Virus record (IMG/VR): IMGVR_UViG_3300022921_000002
Location: 124,001 to 188,000 of that record
DNA length: 64,000 bases
Strand: one strand, 5' to 3'
Shown: positions 28,351 to 38,013 of the stretch, piece by piece
How positions within the stretch are numbered: position 1 is the first letter of the stretch
Layout: each line of letters begins with the position of its first letter
Made by a program: the position numbers and the translations under genes
Notes under the pieces: model-generated
Databases searched by the model: none
Told to the model about the DNA's origin: nothing
The model's input: only the letters and a program-made list of their open reading frames with translations

Positions 28351-29579
28351 TGAAAAAATTTAGTACATTATTAAACGAGGCTAAAAACCTGCATATGACC
28401 CATGCGGAAGATGCGGTTATTGACGGCGGTGTTATGGGAACACGTAACGTCATTAATCATCTACGAGATATACGGGATATGCTTGGCGGCACATCAAAAT
28501 CAGCGGTTAACATTAGTGTTAAGTGGGATGGCGCACCTGCTGTATTTGCAGGTACTGACCCGAGTGATGGTAAATTCTTTGTTGCCAAAAAAGGTATATT
28601 CAATAAGAACCCAAAAGTATATAAAACGCATGCTGAAATTGATGCGGATACAAGTGGTGAACTTGCAGTAAAATTAAAACTTGCTCTTGATGAGTTTTCA
28701 AAACTCGGTATCAAAGGTGTAGTACAAGGTGATTTTTTATATGAAAGAAGTGATATTAAAGAAGATACGATTGATGGAGAACCGCATATTACTTTCCATC
28801 CTAATACGATTGTTTATGCGGTACCAAAGTCGTCAGCCCTTGCTAAAGAAATACTCGGATCCAAGGTCGGTGTGGTCTGGCATACAGTCTATCGAGGAGA
28901 ATCATTTGAAACAATGTCAGCAAGTTTTGGAGAGGAGATTGCATCTGGACTCAAAAAGGTAAAATCCTGTTGGAGTGTTGATGCGGTATTCCGAGATCAA
29001 TCAGGTACAGCTAATATGACAAAAGCTGAAACCGATGCAGTAACACTTGCGCTATCAAACGCAGGTAAGTTATTCCGTATGGTACCGAAAAAGACATTAG
29101 ATGATGTTGCTAATAACGAAGATATCAATAAAAGATTAAACGTATATATTAATTCAAAGGTTCGTGAAGGACAGCGGGTTGGTAAACCTAAAGCTTTCAT
29201 TAAAGGATTTGAGAAATATATGAATACTTATTTTGATAAAGAAATCGCTGAAAAGAAATCACCTAAGGGTAAAGCGGCATGGCAAGGTAAAAAAGATGTT
29301 GCTATGAAGTTCTTTAAAACAAACAAATCAAAAGATCTTGAGAATATGTTTACAATGTATAATCACATCGTAGACGCAAAGCACCTTATTGTTAAAAAGC
29401 TTAACATGGTAGGTGGATTAAGAACCTTACTCAAAACGAGTAAAGGATATGAAGTAACAGGTCAAGAAGGGTTTGTCGCTATTGATAGGTATGGCAAAAA
29501 CGCATTAAAACTTGTTGACAGATTAGAATTTAGTAAAGCTAATTTCTCAGACAAGTATATCAAAGGGTGGACAAAATAA
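28350..29579 (+). CDS. conserved T4-like protein with covalent nucleotidyltransferase (ligase-like) motifs
   Basis: SVKWDGAP (KxDG), VVQGDFLY, GQEGFV, ALKLV; N-terminus MKKFSTLLNE-A. Confidence 0.6.
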   Translation: MKKFSTLLNEAKNLHMTHAEDAVIDGGVMGTRNVINHLRDIRDMLGGTSKSAVNISVKWDGAPAVFAGTDPSDGKFFVAKKGIFNKNPKVYKTHAEIDADTSGELAVKLKLALDEFSKLGIKGVVQGDFLYERSDIKEDTIDGEPHITFHPNTIVYAVPKSSALAKEILGSKVGVVWHTVYRGESFETMSASFGEEIASGLKKVKSCWSVDAVFRDQSGTANMTKAETDAVTLALSNAGKLFRMVPKKTLDDVANNEDINKRLNVYINSKVREGQRVGKPKAFIKGFEKYMNTYFDKEIAEKKSPKGKAAWQGKKDVAMKFFKTNKSKDLENMFTMYNHIVDAKHLIVKKLNMVGGLRTLLKTSKGYEVTGQEGFVAIDRYGKNALKLVDRLEFSKANFSDKYIKGWTK

Positions 29580-29866
29580 TGGCATGGGTTGACGTACCAG
29601 GATCACCAACAGTTTTAGTAAGTGGAACACCTACTGCGATTTGGCAATACGGTAACGCGCCATTAGCTGGTGAATACTATGAAGATGCAAATGGAACTGT
29701 TACAAATGGTATCAGATCTTTCACACCTCCAGGCGGCAATACACAAGAAACATATGTAAAGTGTCGTAAGGTTCAGCCAGCCGCAGGAGGAAAAATTTAT
29801 ACTGATTCCAACACGAACGGCCCTTGGTCTGAACTATCTAAAAACTATTTTGACACGAGGATTTAA
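29579..29866 (+). CDS. hypothetical (likely virion) protein
   Basis: ATG at 29579; Gly/Thr/Pro-rich beta-type sequence. Confidence 0.55.
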   Translation: MAWVDVPGSPTVLVSGTPTAIWQYGNAPLAGEYYEDANGTVTNGIRSFTPPGGNTQETYVKCRKVQPAAGGKIYTDSNTNGPWSELSKNYFDTRI

Positions 29867-29869
29867 CAG

Positions 29870-30655
29870 ATGGCTATTTGGAACAAACTAACTCAAGCTT
29901 TTTTACAAGGTAATAAAACTTTATTTGAAGCATTTGTTCTAGCAGATAAAGACGGCAATATTATCAACACATTTGGTTCGGCGTCTAATATTCCAATTGC
30001 TGCGGGGCAAGTAGATGGATATTCTCATATCAACAAGTTCGCTCATACAGGTGACGATATTAATGGTACGACTACTATTTGGGATGGTTCAAATGGTGTA
30101 TATACTTGGCCAACCGCAGCGGGTGTAGTAACAGTTGCTTCTTCGTCTCAAAGCGGTGAGACAGTTGTTGTTGAAGGACTTGACGTAAATTATAATATCG
30201 TATCAGAAGAAACAACAATTGGTGGAACAACCACCGCAGAATTTTATCGTATCTACCGTGCTTATATGACAGGCGATCAAAATGAGAATGATGTTACCTT
30301 CTCAATTGGTGGAACTACATACGCTATTATATTAGCAGACAACGGTCAAACTTTGATGAGTACCTATACAGTTCCTGCCGGTAAGACGGCGTATTTGATG
30401 CAATTGACTTGTACAATGGATAAAACAAATGCTCCAACATACTTTAGATTAATGTCACGTCCAGTAGATAATGGAACTGCATTTAATATTAAATCACAGC
30501 TTGGATCACAAGGTGGTAATCCAGTAAACTTTGAATATGCTGTACCTCTTAGGTTTCCAGAAAAAACTGACATTAAAGTTGATGTTATCACTGTCGGTTC
30601 AGTAGGTTGTGGTGCAACTTACGATTTAATATTAGTAGACAATCCTATTCCATAA
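29870..30655 (+). CDS. putative virion structural protein
   Basis: Gly/Thr-rich beta protein; late region. Confidence 0.6.
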   Translation: MAIWNKLTQAFLQGNKTLFEAFVLADKDGNIINTFGSASNIPIAAGQVDGYSHINKFAHTGDDINGTTTIWDGSNGVYTWPTAAGVVTVASSSQSGETVVVEGLDVNYNIVSEETTIGGTTTAEFYRIYRAYMTGDQNENDVTFSIGGTTYAIILADNGQTLMSTYTVPAGKTAYLMQLTCTMDKTNAPTYFRLMSRPVDNGTAFNIKSQLGSQGGNPVNFEYAVPLRFPEKTDIKVDVITVGSVGCGATYDLILVDNPIP

Positions 30656-30816
30656 GACAATTTGTCACTGTTGTCTAAACCGAATAACGGCTATTCCAAA
30701 TTGGTAACCCTTATTTACCTATTTTCCTAATAAATATATTTGTAAAAAGGATTAAACCTAGGCATACGGTCTAGGATCGGATCATACAACATACACATAT
30801 ATTAGAGGAAACGGAA

Positions 30817-31047
30817 ATGACACAAGCAATCCTTATGGCCCACAGCTACTCAACGAGGGCAATTGAAACTATCATTGAAGCATACAGAACTTTCAAACAA
30901 GAGAGAGCTGCAAAGAAAATAGCTAAACAAACCATCAAAGAATTATCTAAATTAACTGATAAAGAGTTAAACGATATTGGTCTCAGTAGAGGTGATATTT
31001 GGTACATTGCTCATAATCAAAACGATAATTTGAGAGGGTGGGTTTAA
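30817..31047 (+). CDS. DUF1127 (YjiS-like) small protein
   Basis: ELSKLTDKELNDIGLSRGDI signature. Confidence 0.88.
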   Translation: MTQAILMAHSYSTRAIETIIEAYRTFKQERAAKKIAKQTIKELSKLTDKELNDIGLSRGDIWYIAHNQNDNLRGWV

Positions 31048-31226
31048 TGACAACTTTAGTAGCAAACTATGTCTTTTCGCCCTTGTCGGGTTTGTGGTCT
31101 TCACTAGATCGTTATTCGCAAATGATTGGCTACAGCCGAGCGGCAGCGGAGCTCGCAAGAATGGGTATGATAGAGGAATCGAAACGTTGTATGATGGAAA
31201 TCGGGAGATTGCAAAATGACCGGTGA
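31047..31226 (+). CDS. small hypothetical protein
   Basis: ATG at 31047; [14 protein letters not shown]. Confidence 0.65.
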   Translation: MTTLVANYVFSPLSGLWSSLDRYSQMIGYSRAAAELARMGMIEESKRCMMEIGRLQNDR

Positions 31227-31440
31227 TATCGCAACAATGGGTGCCTTAATTGGCGCAGGGCTAGCAACATTCGGAATGGGTGGCGCTGCCATCGGAGTAG
31301 GAATGATTGTTGGTAGTGTACTAAAAGTAATGCCTAAGAAACCAGATACAGGTACAATGTTTGTTGGTATTGCGTTTGCTGAAGCATTAGGAATCTTCGC
31401 ATTTCTCGTAGCGCTTTTGCTAATGTTTGCCGTTGTCTAA
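31216..31440 (+). CDS. atpE: F0 ATP synthase subunit c homologue with altered polar loop
   Basis: [18 protein letters not shown] helix 1; MFVGIAFAE56[16 protein letters not shown] helix 2; GGGAG RBS. Confidence 0.9.
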   Translation: MTGDIATMGALIGAGLATFGMGGAAIGVGMIVGSVLKVMPKKPDTGTMFVGIAFAEALGIFAFLVALLLMFAVV

Positions 31441-31653
31441 ATGGGGCCAACAACACCTTCGGCTGAGATAGTCGATAAGGTTGGTTTTTACGCTTTCTTT
31501 GTAATGACACTTTTAACTGTAGTGTGTATTGCATTTGGATTTTTTGCGGTAATTCAAAAGTTTAAACAACCTAATTGGTCCGAAGCTTGCATTGAGGCAG
31601 GCGGAGTTCCAGTCAAATTAGCTAAGTCAACATTCGACTGTAAAGTAATATAA
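31441..31653 (+). CDS. small single-pass membrane protein with C-terminal Cys pair
   Basis: Hydrophobic stretch, then CIEAGG...DC. Confidence 0.6.
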   Translation: MGPTTPSAEIVDKVGFYAFFVMTLLTVVCIAFGFFAVIQKFKQPNWSEACIEAGGVPVKLAKSTFDCKVI

Positions 31654-31657
31654 ATAA

Positions 31658-31684
31658 AAAGGTGTTCATTAGTTGGGCACCTTT
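31658..31684 (+). terminator. hairpin closing the DUF1127-atpE unit
   Basis: AAAGGTGTTCA-TTAGT-TGGGCACCTTT; TATAAATA at 31649 just upstream. Confidence 0.5.
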
Positions 31685-31705
31685 CATCATTTTAAAGGTT
31701 ATATT

Positions 31706-32347
31706 ATGCCAGTCTTTACAGTTGAAATCAACAATAAAGTAGTTGAGTTTACGCATATACCAAAATGCGGCGGTACATCCGCAAAATGTATGATGCTTGA
31801 AGCATCAGGATTTGATTGGAGAAACTCCCCGGCAAATGATTGGGGATTGCCAATAAGCCAAAGAAAACATCAAAAACAAAATAACAAATTCATGGATCGG
31901 CATGGAAAAGGTAAATTTGGTAACGTAGATTATCGGTTTACTATTATCCGTGATCCTATTAAAAGACTTGTGTCTTGTTATACAAACCGAGTGTTATTTT
32001 ATAATAAGATGAGAAATCGTGGGTGGGATAATTTTGTTGATAACTTAGGTAACTATGCAGCAGGTGATATTTCTCACCATTCTTTTCCAATGACGTATTG
32101 GCTAGGTAACGATCCTAACCGATATGATAAGATCTTTACAGTATCACAGGTTAGCACAGATATGCGTGAATGGTTATCAGAAATTGCAAACACTGATGTA
32201 CCTGCGCTGCAGCGACAAGATGGTGGTAGAGAAAAACAAAGTAAAATTGTTATTACTAAAGATCAGATAACAAGAATTAAAAAATACTATAAAAATGATT
32301 ATGAGAATTGGTGGAATGATAAGGTTGTTCCACAGGAGTTTGTATAA
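31706..32347 (+). CDS. sulfotransferase family 2 protein
   Basis: 5'-PSB HIPKCGGTS; 3'-PB RDPIKRLVSCY. Confidence 0.8.
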   Translation: MPVFTVEINNKVVEFTHIPKCGGTSAKCMMLEASGFDWRNSPANDWGLPISQRKHQKQNNKFMDRHGKGKFGNVDYRFTIIRDPIKRLVSCYTNRVLFYNKMRNRGWDNFVDNLGNYAAGDISHHSFPMTYWLGNDPNRYDKIFTVSQVSTDMREWLSEIANTDVPALQRQDGGREKQSKIVITKDQITRIKKYYKNDYENWWNDKVVPQEFV

Positions 32348-33027
32348 TGTATATCCCAGAAATCAATACTTATTTTGTCCATGTTCCTAAAGCAGGTGGA
32401 ACAAGTGTTGAATTATTCTTTCTTCGTAATGTATGTGGTTATCCTGACTTTCAAGAAAGAAATATGTTTCGGCAATTTATAACAAAATACGGTGGGCGAA
32501 TAAATGCCTCACGGTATCATTTTGGACAACCAACACCTGAAATATTACCTACTGGTGAAACACAGCATTTATCAGCATGGCAATTGAAAGCTTGGAATGA
32601 TAAAGCCTTCACAGGATCTAAATATACATTTGCATTTGTCCGAAATCCTTTTCATAAATTTGTATCTGAGGTTATTTGGAAGCGTGAAAGGCTACCTGGT
32701 AAAGTAAATATGACATTTGAACAGCAGATTAGAGCTATGGAAATGGAATATCAGCGGAATAATATGAAAATACGTACTCCGCATAATGCACCGCAATGGA
32801 AGTTTGTATATGATGAAAAAGATAATCTTATTGTTGATGATGTATTTAGACTCGAGGAAATGGATAAAGCACAAAAGGTTATATCGGAAAAACTCGGCAT
32901 ACCTATAAACTTTGGGCATGAAAATAGAACAGCACGAAAAGATTATAAAGAATATTTGAATGCCAATTTAGTAAAACAACTTAAACCGTTAATTCAAAAA
33001 GATATGGAAGTATTCGGTTATGATTAA
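32347..33027 (+). CDS. sulfotransferase family 2 protein
   Basis: HVPKAGGTS; RNPFHKFVS; FRLEEM. Confidence 0.82.
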   Translation: MYIPEINTYFVHVPKAGGTSVELFFLRNVCGYPDFQERNMFRQFITKYGGRINASRYHFGQPTPEILPTGETQHLSAWQLKAWNDKAFTGSKYTFAFVRNPFHKFVSEVIWKRERLPGKVNMTFEQQIRAMEMEYQRNNMKIRTPHNAPQWKFVYDEKDNLIVDDVFRLEEMDKAQKVISEKLGIPINFGHENRTARKDYKEYLNANLVKQLKPLIQKDMEVFGYD

Positions 33028-33727
33028 AACATTATGGATATATTGGAATACAGGAATTAAAGCAGCACCTCCAATTGTTCATAAATGCGTTGACAGTTGG
33101 AAACACCATAATCCTACATGGAAAATAGTATTACTTGATAATACAAATCTTAGGGATTATTACAAAGGCACACAAAATGGGCGTAGCATTCAGGCATGGT
33201 CTGATGTTGTTCGCATTAACTTACTTAAAGAATACGGCGGAGTATGGGTAGATGCAACCGTTGCTTGTAATAAACCACTTGATAGTTGGTTACCTGCTCA
33301 TGCTAAAACCGGTTTCTTTGCGTTCCGAAAACCAAAACCTGATACCGAAGTTGCAAGTTGGTTTCTATATGCTGATAAAGATAATTGCATTGTGGATCGG
33401 TGGAAATTATTGGTTGATGAATATTGGAAGAACCGCCCAAATATGGATTATCTGTGGTTTCATGGTTTATTTAATAATGTATTAGAAGACCCTGCTTGTC
33501 AGACAATGTGGAACAAAACTAAACCATGGCTGGCTAATCATAAACCGCTTCCTGAAACACCTGACAACCCACATTGGTTTACACCATATAATGCCAGCCG
33601 ATGGACAAAAATAAGAAAACAAGGATTGCCATTAACAGGACCTTGTTATAAATTAGCACATGGAACATCTAGGAGAATGATCCAAGAACCTACTATTATG
33701 AGGATATTTAATTATGAAAGTAAATAA
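33020..33727 (+). CDS. capsular-polysaccharide-synthesis / GT32-like glycosyltransferase
   Basis: IW.YW..G...AP.IV..C..SW; SDVVRINLLKEYGGVWVDAT. Confidence 0.82.
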   Translation: MIKTLWIYWNTGIKAAPPIVHKCVDSWKHHNPTWKIVLLDNTNLRDYYKGTQNGRSIQAWSDVVRINLLKEYGGVWVDATVACNKPLDSWLPAHAKTGFFAFRKPKPDTEVASWFLYADKDNCIVDRWKLLVDEYWKNRPNMDYLWFHGLFNNVLEDPACQTMWNKTKPWLANHKPLPETPDNPHWFTPYNASRWTKIRKQGLPLTGPCYKLAHGTSRRMIQEPTIMRIFNYESK

Positions 33728-34475
33728 GTATTATATAATTTATACTAATGATAACCTATCAAAACAATACGCAAATGATGCTGCCGAGCAATGTAAAAAG
33801 CTTGGAGTAAATTATGAGTTATACGAAGGATGGAAACCACAAGGTGGTCCTGGTCAAATGTGGAGAAAGTTTACCGCTGAAACAGGAATTCCAATCAAAT
33901 CATTTAAAAGAATGATGGTTGGTGCTCATGGTTGTATGGCTTCTCATTTACAATTATGGCAAAGGATTGTTCAGAATAAAGAATGTGCTGTTATATTAGA
34001 ACACGATGGGATGATGCTTCATAAAGTAAAGTTGGATATTCCTGATAACAAAATCGTTGCGTTAGGATACAAATATAGAGAATGGGAAAACTATGACTAT
34101 AAAACCGCAGGTCAACCCGAAAGAATTAAAGATGTGAAATTTCATCCAGGTTCTCATGCGTATGCTATTACACACATTACCGCGCAGAAAATGATTGATG
34201 AAGTAACAAAGGTAGGTGTTACCGAGGCAATTGATAATCGTTGGTTTATGAGCAGTCGGAAAAATTTTACTAAAATACCAATGGCTATTTGTGATCCTAT
34301 AGCAGCAATTGGGTGGTTAAGATTATCAACTATTCAGAAATATAGTGCCACTCATAATAATCATGCCGAAATGTTAGAATCTTTTAAGAACAACTTTAAA
34401 GGTCAGCTAAAGGAATCAATCGTTATACCCAAAGGGTCTGTAAATATTATAAATAGAAACAAAATCAGAGAATAG
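33714..34475 (+). CDS. glycosyltransferase family 25-like
   Basis: GCMASHLQLWQRIV, ILEHD, GSHAYAIT. Confidence 0.75.
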   Translation: MKVNKYYIIYTNDNLSKQYANDAAEQCKKLGVNYELYEGWKPQGGPGQMWRKFTAETGIPIKSFKRMMVGAHGCMASHLQLWQRIVQNKECAVILEHDGMMLHKVKLDIPDNKIVALGYKYREWENYDYKTAGQPERIKDVKFHPGSHAYAITHITAQKMIDEVTKVGVTEAIDNRWFMSSRKNFTKIPMAICDPIAAIGWLRLSTIQKYSATHNNHAEMLESFKNNFKGQLKESIVIPKGSVNIINRNKIRE

Positions 34476-34484
34476 AGGTATCTT

Positions 34485-37400
34485 ATGGCAGACGAAAGCA
34501 ATAAGGACAAAAAGAAAAAGGTTAAGGGATTTAAAGAATTTGATCCTGGAAACTATATTGATATTGAACCTACTATCAATGAAGCAAAAGTAGGCGAGGT
34601 TGTTATTTCTTGGGGACGTATGAACCCTATTACAACTGGGCACGAAAAACTTATCAATAGAGTTTTAAATGTAGCAAAATCAAAGAATGCTATTCCTGCT
34701 GTATTTTTAACACATTCTCAAGATAAAACAAAAAATCCATTGTCATATAATGATAAGATCAAATATGCCGAGGTAGCATTTGGTAAAATCATTAAAAGAT
34801 CAACTGCCAAGACAATCATTCAATTAATGCAGCAGTTACAAAAGAAATTTAAAAAGGTAACTCTCGTTGTTGGTTCTGACCGATATAAAGAGATGGATAC
34901 ATTGCTTAACAAATACAATGGTAAAGAATATAAATTTGATGAAATAGAAGTTGTATCCGCAGGTGCTAGAGATCCTGACGCTGAAGGTGTTAAAGGAATG
35001 TCAGCATCAAAAATGCGTGAGTATGCTGTTTCAGATAATATCAAAAAGTTTACTACAGGATTACCTAGTAAGCTAAAAACAAGCGCGGCCGACATTATGG
35101 CCAGCATTAAAAAGGGAATGGGAATGTCGGAAGAATATAACGAAGATAACTTTATCGAAGAAGATGAATTAGACGAAGCTTTGACTCGACAGCAGCGTAT
35201 TAAACGCGGCCGTCAAATGCGAAGAATGCGTGTTAAAATGAAACGAGGTCGGGAAAAGGCAAAGCGGCGCCGTGCCAATATTGATGTTTTGAAAAGAAGA
35301 TCAAGAAAAGCAGCACGTAATATAATTAAAAAGCGTCTTGCTGGTAATAAACGATATGCTGATATGGAGCCTGCGGAAAAGGAACGTATTGATAAACGCA
35401 TTGAAAAGATTTCAAAACAACGTATTGATAACCTGGCAATTAAATTGTTACCTTCTGTTAAAAAGAAAGAACGTGAGAGATTACAAGCACGTCATAATAA
35501 GAATGAGTCTGTTGATCTGAATGAGATGTGGGGTGCATATGTAACTAAGCGACCACATATGCTTATGGATAAAAACAACAAACCAAAGTTTGATAAACGG
35601 TTTAAGATGTTTAAACCTAAACAAGTTACAGAGATGAATGAGTTTGATATTGAAGATATCGTTGAACTTATGGAATCAGTTGAAAAATTTACCGAAACAA
35701 CAGGTAAATATTACACAGGTGTTGCTAAAAATAAGAAAGATGACCGTGAAGATCATTTTGAACGTAATGCTAAAAAGGCTGATGATGATCCTTCAGCATA
35801 TAGGCCAGCACCAGGTGATAAAGAAGCAAAGACAAAAGAATCAAAGCATACAAAAAAAGCACGAGCGATGGGTTACACTGAAGAATTTGATTTTTTAGGT
35901 GAAGATGCCGCAGGCAAATCATTAGCTGATAAAGCAAAGAAATCTGACATGCCTGCAGGGATTTTACGTAAAGTATATAACCGTGGTGTTGCCGCATGGA
36001 AAACAGGTCACCGCCCAGGAACAACACCTGAACAATGGGGACATGCTCGAGTAAATTCATTTATTACTAAATCCTCTGGTACATGGGGTAAGGCTGATAA
36101 AGACCTTGCTGCAAAGGTTAATGAATCAGTAGAAACAGTTAATGAAGTTAGGAGAAACGCTATGGCTGCCAAGCCTAAGAACACTAAAGCAGAACGTGAG
36201 AGTAGACTAGCACAGAATATGAAAAAATTAAAGGATATGCGTAAATCTGATAAGTCTTGGGGTAAATCAAGCGCATTTGATTATCACGAGGAAGTAGAAC
36301 TTGACGAATTAACAGCAGCTGAGAAAAAGCTAGTAAATCAAATGTATGATAAAAAAGGCAACCTCACACCACATGGTAAAAAAGTAATGAACCACGGTAA
36401 GAAAAAAGGTGATAAAGGTTTTGTTGAATCGTTAGATGATAAGTTTGAAGCATTCATCTCACTTAATGAAGCCGCAACGCCTCAAATGAAAAAGGCAGCT
36501 GCAAGTATCGAAGCATATGCAAAGAAAAGCGGTGGCATTGATAAAGCAGACTTTATGAAAGCAGCAAAGATGCTATCATCTGGTAATGCTGGTATAAAAT
36601 TCGTTAAATTTGTAGATGATCTTGATACAGAACCACGCGAATGGTTAATCACTAATCTTGCTAAGACTATGGGTAAACAAACAGTTGAAAAAATGTTTAA
36701 AGTTAAAATCCGTGAAGAAGTAGAACTAGATGAAGCCGAAATGAGCCTATATGATAAAATAAAGGCAGCAAGAGCAAACCCATCACCAGACAAGCCTGCA
36801 AGAGGTCGTGGATCAAAAAATCGTAATCCAAAAACTTATGACCCACGCAAAGCACTAGACAAAGAAGATGATCGTCTTCAAGGTATGGTAAAGAAAAAAT
36901 TGAAAAAAGAAGAGTTTGAACTTGATGAAGATCTTACACACCAGACAGTAAAGCCACCGAATCATACTAAAAAGTTTTCTGGGAAAGATTCTCGTGACAC
37001 ACAAGACACATCGGCGAATGAGTGGGATGCGCCAGGTAATAAGCGTCATACTGTAACGAGTAGTCAAGCAGATGCTCATGATAAAACTGCTGCACATCAC
37101 AATGAGGTTGCGGATGCTCATACAAAGGCAGGCGAAAAATCTTCTAGTCCAACTTTACAAAGATTGCATCACCAAGCCTCAGTCCATCATAAGAAGGCAG
37201 CAGAAGCACACTTTAATGCTTCTCATTCTAGTTCAGGTGCAGATAAAGATGGTTCTATTCAAAAAAAGGCAAAGGATCTGCATATGGCATACCATCTAAC
37301 TATGCATGCTAACAAGATGTCTCAAGAAGTAAGAAATAAGGGTTCTAAAGCAAAGCGTATCCTTGAAGAAGTAGAAGAGCTTGATGAAGATGCTAAAATG

Positions 37401-37748
37401 AAAAAGCAATCTGATGATAACCTAAAAAGTTTACATAAGCAATTCAAAGGTCAAGATCAAAAAATGCCATCAACTCAGCATATGATGAAGCGTATCACTA
37501 AAGAAATGAAACGCCGTAATATGGGTGAGTCTGAAGAAGCAGCAAAGTTAGCATCTGTTGCTAACGGTGGTGTTCAGGATAAAGAAGATAAATTTAGAAA
37601 TGCATTAAACCGTGTTCGTAATAAAAAATCAATGAAAGATGAAAGCTCTTGTGGATCATCAAAGAAAAGAAATGAAGAAGCTGGCGCAGGCGAAGAAGGT
37701 ACAGCTAAATTAGTTAAAAGACTAAAGAAGGATACACCTAATGCATAG
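34485..37748 (+). CDS. 1087-aa virion polyprotein: N-terminal cytidylyltransferase-like (HxGH) domain plus modules separated by L/I-x-E sites
   Basis: GRMNPITTGHEKL, LVVGSDR, SAGARDPD, MSASKMR; repeated EEVELDE linkers; TATAAATA at 34448. Confidence 0.8.
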   Translation: MADESNKDKKKKVKGFKEFDPGNYIDIEPTINEAKVGEVVISWGRMNPITTGHEKLINRVLNVAKSKNAIPAVFLTHSQDKTKNPLSYNDKIKYAEVAFGKIIKRSTAKTIIQLMQQLQKKFKKVTLVVGSDRYKEMDTLLNKYNGKEYKFDEIEVVSAGARDPDAEGVKGMSASKMREYAVSDNIKKFTTGLPSKLKTSAADIMASIKKGMGMSEEYNEDNFIEEDELDEALTRQQRIKRGRQMRRMRVKMKRGREKAKRRRANIDVLKRRSRKAARNIIKKRLAGNKRYADMEPAEKERIDKRIEKISKQRIDNLAIKLLPSVKKKERERLQARHNKNESVDLNEMWGAYVTKRPHMLMDKNNKPKFDKRFKMFKPKQVTEMNEFDIEDIVELMESVEKFTETTGKYYTGVAKNKKDDREDHFERNAKKADDDPSAYRPAPGDKEAKTKESKHTKKARAMGYTEEFDFLGEDAAGKSLADKAKKSDMPAGILRKVYNRGVAAWKTGHRPGTTPEQWGHARVNSFITKSSGTWGKADKDLAAKVNESVETVNEVRRNAMAAKPKNTKAERESRLAQNMKKLKDMRKSDKSWGKSSAFDYHEEVELDELTAAEKKLVNQMYDKKGNLTPHGKKVMNHGKKKGDKGFVESLDDKFEAFISLNEAATPQMKKAAASIEAYAKKSGGIDKADFMKAAKMLSSGNAGIKFVKFVDDLDTEPREWLITNLAKTMGKQTVEKMFKVKIREEVELDEAEMSLYDKIKAARANPSPDKPARGRGSKNRNPKTYDPRKALDKEDDRLQGMVKKKLKKEEFELDEDLTHQTVKPPNHTKKFSGKDSRDTQDTSANEWDAPGNKRHTVTSSQADAHDKTAAHHNEVADAHTKAGEKSSSPTLQRLHHQASVHHKKAAEAHFNASHSSSGADKDGSIQKKAKDLHMAYHLTMHANKMSQEVRNKGSKAKRILEEVEELDEDAKMKKQSDDNLKSLHKQFKGQDQKMPSTQHMMKRITKEMKRRNMGESEEAAKLASVANGGVQDKEDKFRNALNRVRNKKSMKDESSCGSSKKRNEEAGAGEEGTAKLVKRLKKDTPNA
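36288..37388 (+). repeat. dispersed EE(V/F)E(E)LDE-coding linker repeats
   Basis: GAGGAAGTAGAACTTGACGAA 36288, GAAGAAGTAGAACTAGATGAA 36714, GAAGAGTTTGAACTTGATGAA 36909, GAAGAAGTAGAAGAGCTTGATGAA 37365. Confidence 0.8.
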
Positions 37749-38013
37749 CTTCAAGCAACATTTGGAAGCATGCTGGTCTGATTACAAACAGGTTGGCATG
37801 AAGAAAAAAGGTGACAAGATGGTACCTAATTGTGTACCAAAGAATGAAAGTATTCCACCTGAAGTTGTGGGTGCGGCAATTGCTGCTCCTATGGTTGCAC
37901 AAGGTATTAAGCATACCGCAAAAGGTGTTGCCAAAGCAGTTAAAGGTGCTATTAAGGCACGTAGAGCTATTAAGAATGCAGGTCAACGAATTGCTGATAA
38001 GGTAGTAAAATGA
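37741..38013 (+). CDS. putative internal head protein
   Basis: MHSFKQHLEA; CW..Y..VG.KKKG.KMVPNCVP; cationic amphipathic tail. Confidence 0.65.
   Translation: MHSFKQHLEACWSDYKQVGMKKKGDKMVPNCVPKNESIPPEVVGAAIAAPMVAQGIKHTAKGVAKAVKGAIKARRAIKNAGQRIADKVVK

Noticed and set aside
34485-35130. Cytidylyltransferase domain as part of a phage NAD-reconstitution pathway
   Set aside because: No Nampt-, Namat- or PRPS-like partner is visible in the window; substrate cannot be assigned.
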